Positions 56,446 through 64,000 of a stretch of DNA of 64,000 nt are shown here, piece by piece (the stretch's first letter is position 1; the number at the start of each line of letters is the position of its first letter). The notes under the pieces were generated by a model. That model was not told where the DNA came from and did no database searches. It saw only the letters and a program-made list of their open reading frames with translations. Location: contig CAWBAT010000006.1 in assembly GCA_963786955.1 (NCBI GenBank), positions 448,001 through 512,000 on the forward strand, given 5' to 3'. This DNA is from an uncultured Acidimicrobiia bacterium. Lineage in GTDB: Bacteria > Acidobacteriota > Terriglobia > Versatilivoradales > Versatilivoraceae. The translations under genes were made by a program, and so were the position numbers.

Positions 56446-56970
56446 ATGAACGATTTGAGATACCCTATCGGAAAGTTTGAGGCCCCCAAGACCATGACGA
56501 AGGAATCTCGCCTTGAACTGATCTCACAAATTGCCGAGGCTCCTTCACAATTGCGCGTCGCTGTCTCCGGCCTCAATTCAAAACAATTGAACACACCCTA
56601 TCGCGACGGGGGGTGGACCGTCATCCAGGTCGTTCACCATCTTCCCGATAGCCATATGAATGCCTACACCCGCTGCAAGCTGGCCGTCACCGAAAACGCG
56701 CCCACCATCAAACCCTATAACGAAGCACGGTGGGCGGAACTTCCGGATGCCAGTGGATTGGATATAGAGATTTCTCTCGTGCTCCTGGATGCTTTGCATC
56801 GACGCTGGGTCGTCTTTCTACAGTCACTCACTGAAGAACAATTCCAATACATCTTCCATCATCCAGATGCTGGAGTCATGTCGCTGGACCGAACATTCGC
56901 GTTGTATGCCTGGCACGGTCGCCATCACATTGCTCACATCACTGCTTTACGGCAACGAATGGGATGGTGA
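56446..56970 (+). CDS. YfiT/BstA-like DinB-superfamily thiol transferase
   Basis: DLRYPIGKF, TPYRDGGWT..QVVHHLPDSHMNAY and YAWHGRHHIAHI. Confidence 0.93.
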   Translation: MNDLRYPIGKFEAPKTMTKESRLELISQIAEAPSQLRVAVSGLNSKQLNTPYRDGGWTVIQVVHHLPDSHMNAYTRCKLAVTENAPTIKPYNEARWAELPDASGLDIEISLVLLDALHRRWVVFLQSLTEEQFQYIFHHPDAGVMSLDRTFALYAWHGRHHIAHITALRQRMGW

Positions 56971-56971
56971 G

Positions 56972-57587
56972 ATGTCGTCCGGGACAAACAAGTCAGTGAT
57001 CAACAAGGTTTGCTGTCTATTGTGCTTCCAGCCGCCAGTCAGACACCGCCTATTTCGAAGCGGCAACCGACTCGGCCAAACATTGGCACGGCACTCAATC
57101 ACGATTATTTATGGTGGGGGATCCTTAGGGTCGATGGGACAACTCGCCGCTGGAGCATTGGCGGAAGGCGGCAAGGTCATCGGAGTTCTTCCGCGATTCA
57201 TGAATGATCTTGAGTGGGGACATCGAGGGACTCACGGAGTTGCGGCTAGTCGAGAGTCTCCATCAGCGAAAGCGCTTGATGCTGGAGGAAACGGATGCCG
57301 TTGTCGCATTACCCGGCGGATCGGGCACATTAGAGGAATTGTTCGAGGCGATTACTTGGAAACGATTAGGACTTTTTGTGAAGCCAATCATTCTCGTCAA
57401 CGTGAGAGGATTCTTTAATCCTTGTATTGAACTTTTAGAGACCTGCATTCGCGAAAGGTTCATGAATGACCGCCATCGAGCCATGTGGACGGTTGTCGAG
57501 AAGACCCGAGGATGTCATCGACTCGATTCGGAACGCCGTTGGTATGGGACGCGGATGCCCGAGGGTTTGCCCTCGTCTAGGGAGTAA
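56972..57587 (+). CDS. LOG family (TIGR00730) protein, frameshifted
   Basis: VYCASS-like start, YGGG..GSMG and LPGGSGTLEE. Confidence 0.88.
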
Positions 57588-57651
57588 CCATCGACCGAGG
57601 CGCGCAGGGACCTCGTCTATATCCCAATATTATAATAAAGGTGATGAATAG

Positions 57652-58185
57652 ATGATGCTCTACGACAATAAAGCCCGGCCGGCCGAAGATGAATATGGCC
57701 CTTTCTATGGCAACTACATCAAGGCGGTCCCCTCCAGGATCTCATCCAAGTGCTCATGGACCAAAAAGACACTACAGCCAGATTGTTGAGTACGATTTCT
57801 GAGGACCAGGCACGAAGCGTTACGCTCCGGACAAGTGGAGCATTAAAGAGGTTGTCGGTCATATCTGCGATACCGAACGAATTATGACTTACAGGGTTTG
57901 AGAATAGCTCGAGGTGACGAGACACCCCTGCCCGGTTTTGAACAAGACGACTTTGTTCGCCACGCAGGGTTTGATTTACGCCCGCTAGAGGAGCTGGTCT
58001 CAGAGTTCAAGACGGTTCGGGAGGCCACTCTTTCGTTGTTTCGAGGTCTCGACGACCAGTCCCTTCAAAGGTGAGGCACCGCCAACAATACGGGCGTCAG
58101 CGTTCTGGCACTTGCGTATATCATCGCGGGCCACGAACGTCACCATGTCGGCATTCTTCGCGAACGGTACCTTCCGCTGGTCTAA
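57652..58185 (+). pseudogene. DinB family protein with indels and an internal TGA (pseudogene or sequencing error); absent from the ORF track
   Basis: RPAEDEYGPFYGNYI, KWSIKEVVGHICDTERI, PLPGFEQD and LAYIIAGHERHH. Confidence 0.8.
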
Positions 58186-58347
58186 ACTTTTCAATCCCAG
58201 ACAGCGATTGGCAACGCCCTCTTTCTTGGACCGGAGAATAGCACTGGAATGGAGTCGGCGGGGACGGCGGATCCACTCATTTTCATTCGAGGGGTAGAAA
58301 CGTAGTCCACTTGGAGGCCCCCGCCTATTCACATACGACCGAACCTC

Positions 58348-60079
58348 TCAGCCGGCAGTCTCCATCACTTCAAGGGTAGCTTTCGATGAGGTATGGGCGA
58401 CTAGTTCACTGGCATCGACCATGTTGAGACCCGTGGTCGTCTTGAAACTGGGCAGAATTTCGCGCTCAAAAGGCTTTAATCCATTCCAATCGCGTTTGTA
58501 ACCGGAAAGGTTCAGATAGAGATGCTTCTGGAAAAATTTTTCCGGAAATCCTGCAAAACGATAGAGAGGATACTTCACTCCAGGACCAAACAGTTTCTTG
58601 GCGAGGAGGTGATAATAAAATGGCGCACCCAGAGAGAACTTCAGCTGCTTAAAAGTTCCACCACGCCAAATATCGACATTATACTTCCAACAAGTAAACA
58701 AGAACTCCCACTGCAGGTCCGTCATTTCGATCAGTCGGGCCCCGGTTTTTTCTGCATCCGGGTATTTTCAAGTGGCACAAAAAATGTTGGAACAAACATT
58801 CCCTTGGCATCTTTAAGGTCATAGAGCATATCTAACGACAACTTCGTGTCTTCCTCGGTTTCGCCCGGCAAGCCGAGAATAAAAGTGTTGAAAGGGTACC
58901 AGTTATGCCGATTCAAGATTTCCATTCCCTTAAGCACGACATCCCGCCACTGATGCGCTTTATAGGGATAGGCTTTCCCTTTCATGTAGGTCTCAAACAC
59001 GCGTGGGCTGCCTGTTTCCAATCCGATAATGGGATCCACGATGCATTTATTGGGATCGGTAGAAGACCAATGTTTCAAGTGCGAGTAGGGGACCGTCAAC
59101 GGAGTCAGTCTCTCGATCACGGTGGGATCTTTGACGACTGGTGCAAGGGTAATGTGGGAAAGCTGAATCGTCTGGAGGCTCAGGGACGGAAATGACTTGT
59201 CGGAACAGATTCTCTAATGCAGGGATATTCGTTTCGAAATTGGGCAACTGCTCATAGAGAAACATATCCTCCGAAGTAATCATGACTTCCGTGGCGCCTT
59301 CACTGACATTGAGCCTCACACTTTCCAGGATATGCTCCAAAGGAAAGGAGCGACCCACTTTTGTCGCGGGGGAGCAGAATTGGCAACCCCGTCCACAGCC
59401 CCGCGTAATTTCCACAACTCCAAAGGTCGAGCGATGACGCACAACGGGAATTTCTTCTACGGACGGTTGCATCGTCTTGGGGATTTTGATAATCCGTGGC
59501 AGATTGGGGTCCCCCGCTATGATCCGCTTGAAGAGATCACTAAAAACATGTTCAATCTCACCATCGATCAAATAATCAACATTGAATTCATCCAACCGAT
59601 TTGCTTTTTCGAGCTGCCAAGCCCCCGGTCCTCCGACAATGATCTTGGGTCTGTATTTCCGCAGGATCGGATGGTTCACGATCCGGAGGAATTCCTGCGC
59701 ATTCAACGGCATCAGGTTTTCCCCGCCCATTTTCGAGTAAACATCCGTCGCATAGGAAATTCCCAACGGATTATGGGCATGAATCGCCAAGACCTTTGTG
59801 TCAGGCCCTACAAAACGATCCAGGATTCTCGACGTAACAGGTAACCACATCATCTTCGGAGTAGTCCCGCAGGAGTAGCGTCTCTACCATGCGCAAACCA
59901 TTCGGCACATACTTTGCCCGACCATTCGGCCAGGACTCATTAATCATCGATTCCGGAGCAATGAAGGTTTTGCTAAATTTGGCAGGAATGGTTGCCGAGA
60001 GCATCTGCTGCCAAATACTGTGTCTCCATTCATTAGCTTCGGTCGAAGAAGCGGCAAGAACAATCTTGGGCGAATTCAC
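58348..60079 (-). CDS. B12-binding-domain radical SAM protein (several indels)
   Basis: PNGLRMVE, VGGPGAWQ, VEITRGCGRGCQFC, GLETGS and ILGLPGET. Confidence 0.85.
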
Positions 60080-60547
60080 AACTTTCCCTCCACATGAAAA
60101 TAGAACCTAAAATCATCCTGAAATTTTGAATTTGCAGACGGTCGTTTTAAGCCAAACAAAAATCATATTATCTCCGACGCATCTTAGCTACAAAATAACG
60201 CTCTTTAATATCAAAGACTTAAAAGGGTCGTCAATATTTTTTCAACCAAATCTACGCCTCGAGGCCAAAGATCAGTCCTTATCCTTAACATTCCAAATAG
60301 TGAGTTTCCCGGCGATCAAGTTCTGAAGAAGTGAATAGGCCCGCTTTGCAGAGGATGTTTCCGACTGCAATCAGGTTCAAGGTGTTGAGAAAGACATCAG
60401 TAATAAATACTCGGCGACTTCAAGTGGATAAAACATGCCATTCGCTTATCTTAACGGCAGAATCGATAAATTCAATTCCCTCCATTGATTCTGAGAGTGG
60501 AAACTTATTGTAAACTTGGGTCGAAGAGATTAGGCTTGCCCAAACTT

Positions 60548-61855
60548 ATGACTCTTGAAGCACTTTTCCTCGTTTTTGCTTGCCTCGTGATCCTAAAAGG
60601 CGTGGTCGGCGTCTTGGAAGGGAGGCGCTATCTTCATTATATTCGCGCACACTTTTCCCATTTACCCATCTCCTGGATGCCCTTTGCTTCGGTCATCATT
60701 CCTTGCAAAGGACTTGAATATCAACTAGAAGACAACATTGCGAGTGTGCTTAAACAGGTCTATCCCTTTTTCGAACTTGTGCTTGTAACAGCCACAGAGG
60801 ATGATCCGGCCCGCCCAGTCTTGAATGACTTGGTCCGCAAATTCCCTGGGCACAGGATCAAGCTAGTGACCGCTGGGATCAGTGACGAGCGCGGTGAAAA
60901 AGTCAATAACCTGATGCAAGCCGTCACCCGAACGGATTCAGGTTCGGAAGTGTTCGTCTTCATGGATTCCGATGCCCAACCTCACCTGAACTGGCTACAG
61001 GCCTTAATTTCCCCGCTTCGGGATGACCGGATTGGCGTGTCTACAGGCTATCGCTGGTACTTCCCAGAGCGCGGAAATTTGGCTGGTGTGTTCCGGTCTG
61101 CCTGGAACGGTTCGGTTGCAACATTACTGGGAGATCACGGCCGAAATTTTGCATGGGGCGGCTCCATGGCGATTCGGCGTTCAACTTTTGTGCACGCAAA
61201 GGTATTGAGTTACTGGTCGCATTCGATTAGCGATGACTATTCGGTGACTCAAGCAATGCGGGACTCCAAGCTTAGGGTCCATTATGAGCCTCGTTGCTTA
61301 ATAGGATCTGCTGGAAAATGCTCATGGCGAGAATTATTTGAGTGGTCAACACGCCAAATCATCATTACCCGAATCTATTCCCGAAAGCTGTGGAGAATTG
61401 CCTTCCTCTCCCAAGGGTCATTCCTCATCGTGTGGTGGACGGCATTCCTGTGTGTACTCGCTTTACTGCTTCAAACACTTCTAAGCGATGCCGCTCTCAA
61501 TCCACAGAATTACTAACACCTGGTCAAATATGGCTTTATTTCGGGTTCGATCTTTATCTTAGGAGTTATTCGAGGCTGGTTCCGGCTGAGAGCAATCCAC
61601 CATATTTTTCCAGACCAGCAGCCGAACATCACCCCTTTCTGGTGGGGATATACGTTGCTGTTTCCATTGGTCTCAACGTTGACTGGCCTTAACCTACTGG
61701 TTTCGGCCTTCAAGAATCAACTAAAATGGCGTGGAATTCGATACGAGTTTCAACCGAACGGCACACTCCGAGTCATCCGAGAAGCAGGTATGGCGAACGA
61801 GAAAACCCCCACTGCTTCTGCTTCGAAAGATACGCAGAAATTAGGAGCTTCGTAG
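60548..61855 (+). CDS. Ceramide-glucosyltransferase/HpnI-like glycosyltransferase (indel near 61510)
   Basis: IIPCKG, KVNNL, FMDSD, WGGSMA, SDDY and RQ motifs. Confidence 0.85.
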
Positions 61856-62046
61856 GGGATGGACGCTCTTCTGTTCCTCGCTGAGATAGGGAACCATTTC
61901 ACAGGGTCCGTTACTAGCTGGGACACTGCGGTGAGAATTCCCTAATGCGGGTTAGCCAAACTTCTTACCGTTCCATATTTCCTAACGAGGACTCCAAGAG
62001 ATGCCTGAAAGGAATTCAAAATTTAGCGGACAAGGCTGGAAGGGTG

Positions 62047-62289
62047 TTAGCTGGCTCTGCCAATTTCTGAGAAATTGATCTCTTTAACCTCCAGCGTGCT
62101 GCGAAGCCCGAGACGAATACAACACCCATCGTAGATCTGCTTAACGGCTTTCTTGGCCTGCTGCAGCTCAAGGAGTTTTTCTTTGACTCTGGCAAGTTCA
62201 CCTTCGATGTCTCTTTCGATCTGGTCCAATTCTGACTTTGCCATTTGGCGGGTATTTTCATACTTGAGTTTTTGATCTTCAGTTAACAC
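62047..62289 (-). CDS. Small coiled-coil hypothetical protein
   Basis: 80 aa; GTG start with SD aagga; heptad pattern. Confidence 0.7.
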   Translation of the reverse strand: MLTEDQKLKYENTRQMAKSELDQIERDIEGELARVKEKLLELQQAKKAVKQIYDGCCIRLGLRSTLEVKEINFSEIGRAS

Positions 62290-62547
62290 GGTTTATCCTT
62301 CCTCAAGAGATTGTAAGTTTCCCAAAGACAAGAGAAAATTTTCCGTCGTCCAGACAATGCCGACTTTGCAAAAAAATTGAATCGGGTAATAGCGGAACCT
62401 GGACCCGTTTGCTTTCCAAATAGCTGTGAGTCAGGACCTTAAGGAAAGCAGGGTTCAATCTATTGATCGGCAAACAGGTCACAGACATTAGACTTTTCTA
62501 GACTTGAATTGCTTTTCAAGGGTTGTCTCCGTAGAATGCCACCCGTG

Positions 62548-64000
62548 ATGATGAACTTGGAAAAAGAGTTAAATCCTGCGCAACTCGAGGCGGTTCAATA
62601 CCATGAAGGGCCTCTTCTCATTTTGGCTGGTGCGGGGAGCGGAAAAACTCGAGTTATTACCTACCGGATTGCTTGTCTCATTGATCACTGCCAGGTCCAA
62701 CCCGAGCGTATTCTTGCCGTCACCTTCACCAACAAAGCTGCCGAGCAGATGAAGAATCGAGTCGCTCATTTGCTGCGATCTCATCGAATCAGCCACCCCT
62801 TGATTTCAACTTTTCATTCTTTTTGCGTCCGGATGCTCCGTCGACATATCCAAGCCCTCGGTTACAAGAATGATTTCAGCATCTATGACGAAACTGACCA
62901 GTTAAACATCGTCAAGAGCTGTTTGAAGGAGCTGAGCCTGGATGACAAAGCCTATTCCCCCCGCTCTGTCCTCTCTCGCATTAGCTATGCCAAAAACCAC
63001 GGAATCTCCCCTGAAGACTTTTATTCGCAATCCTATGATTCAAAATCGGAGCGGATGGCAGTCCTCTATAGCCACTATGAGAAACGTTTGAAGAGTTCCG
63101 CTGCATTGGACTTTGATGACTTGTTACTCAAAGCGGTCCTTTTGCTGAGTCAAGAACCAACCATTTGTGAACTGCTCAACCACCAGTATGAGTATATTCT
63201 GGTGGACGAGTATCAGGACACCAATCGGGTCCAATATCAGCTGATCCGACTACTGACACAGATTAGACAGAATCTTTGTGTCGTCGGAGACGAAGACCAG
63301 TCTATCTATGGATGGCGCGGAGCCGATATCCAGAACATCCTGAGTTTCGAGCAAGATTATCCAACCGCCCGAATTATCAAACTGGAGCAGAACTACCGCT
63401 CCACTCAGGCTATCCTGGACGCAGCCGGGGCAGTCGTGAGTCACAACGAGGAACGCAAAGGCAAGACTTTGTGGACCGATAAGAAAGAGGGCGAGCTGGT
63501 TTCCCTTTTTGAAGCCCCTGACAGCGAAGCGGAAGCCTTATTCGTAATTGATAACATTCTCGATTACCTGCGACGAAACCCATTGGATTCGGCCGCTGTT
63601 CTCTACCGAACCAATTTTCAATCACGCCTTTTTGAAGAGGCCTGTCGCCGCAGCAACCTCAAATATTTGGTCGTTGGGGGATTCAGCTTTTATGAAAGAG
63701 CTGAGATTAAGGACATTTTAAGCTATCTCAAGCTGTGTTCAAACCCCAGCGATTCTCTCAGTTTTGCTCGAGTGATTAATACCCCGCCGAGAGGACTAGG
63801 GAAATCCACTTTGGATGCCTTGAACCAGGAAGCATCTATTTATGGCCTCTCGCTGTGGGAATCGATGATTCGGTCTATTGAGAGCAAGATCCTAACCGGC
63901 AGAGCCACCAAGTCGTTGGAGGATTTCCGTAAGTTGTTGCAACCCTGCATGGAATCGTTGACCTCACTTCCACTTTCCAAATTCGTGAAGCAAGTGGTTG
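62548..64000 (+). CDS. pcrA: UvrD/PcrA ATP-dependent DNA helicase (runs off the window; not in the ORF track)
   Basis: LNPAQLEAV, LILAGAGSGKTRV, VTFTNKAA, VDEYQDTN, VGDEDQSIYGWRGA and LEQNYRST. Confidence 0.95.
   Translation, partial: MMNLEKELNPAQLEAVQYHEGPLLILAGAGSGKTRVITYRIACLIDHCQVQPERILAVTFTNKAAEQMKNRVAHLLRSHRISHPLISTFHSFCVRMLRRHIQALGYKNDFSIYDETDQLNIVKSCLKELSLDDKAYSPRSVLSRISYAKNHGISPEDFYSQSYDSKSERMAVLYSHYEKRLKSSAALDFDDLLLKAVLLLSQEPTICELLNHQYEYILVDEYQDTNRVQYQLIRLLTQIRQNLCVVGDEDQSIYGWRGADIQNILSFEQDYPTARIIKLEQNYRSTQAILDAAGAVVSHNEERKGKTLWTDKKEGELVSLFEAPDSEAEALFVIDNILDYLRRNPLDSAAVLYRTNFQSRLFEEACRRSNLKYLVVGGFSFYERAEIKDILSYLKLCSNPSDSLSFARVINTPPRGLGKSTLDALNQEASIYGLSLWESMIRSIESKILTGRATKSLEDFRKLLQPCMESLTSLPLSKFVKQVV

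Noticed and set aside
58072-58074. In-frame TGA in the DinB gene as selenocysteine
   Set aside because: The context R-*-GTAN fits a usual Arg (CGA to TGA) rather than Cys, and no convincing SECIS-like hairpin follows.

Overview
A 64-kb chromosomal segment, probably from an Acidobacteria-like bacterium (inferred from the TonB-receptor architecture and gene content). Many genes are split by single-base indels, most likely long-read sequencing errors. Housekeeping genes include guaA, dnaE, accA, mog, leuCD-like, purEK, a fabG-like SDR, mreB, a glnD-like gene and pcrA/uvrD. Accessory content includes sugar-utilisation genes, an amino-sugar/glycosyltransferase cluster, a RAYT transposase with REP/REPIN repeats and several dispersed REP-like palindrome families. 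Main unusual signals: (1) Three single-gene cassettes (two four-helix-bundle genes, one GxxExxY gene) sit co-directionally between other genes, each bracketed by inverted arrays of degenerate 7-mer or 9-mer tandem repeats that could pair into a stem around the ORF. (2) A ClpA/B-type AAA+ module is fused to an RF2-like domain lacking the GGQ domain. (3) Two adjacent probable selenoproteins (DUF3179 UxxC; AhpD-like CxxU) each have an in-frame TGA and a SECIS-like hairpin, and the ORF track misses both. (4) A full-length GlnD homolog has degenerate catalytic motifs in both enzymatic domains. No rRNA, tRNA or CRISPR array was recognised. All family assignments come from motif recognition by eye, not from database searches.
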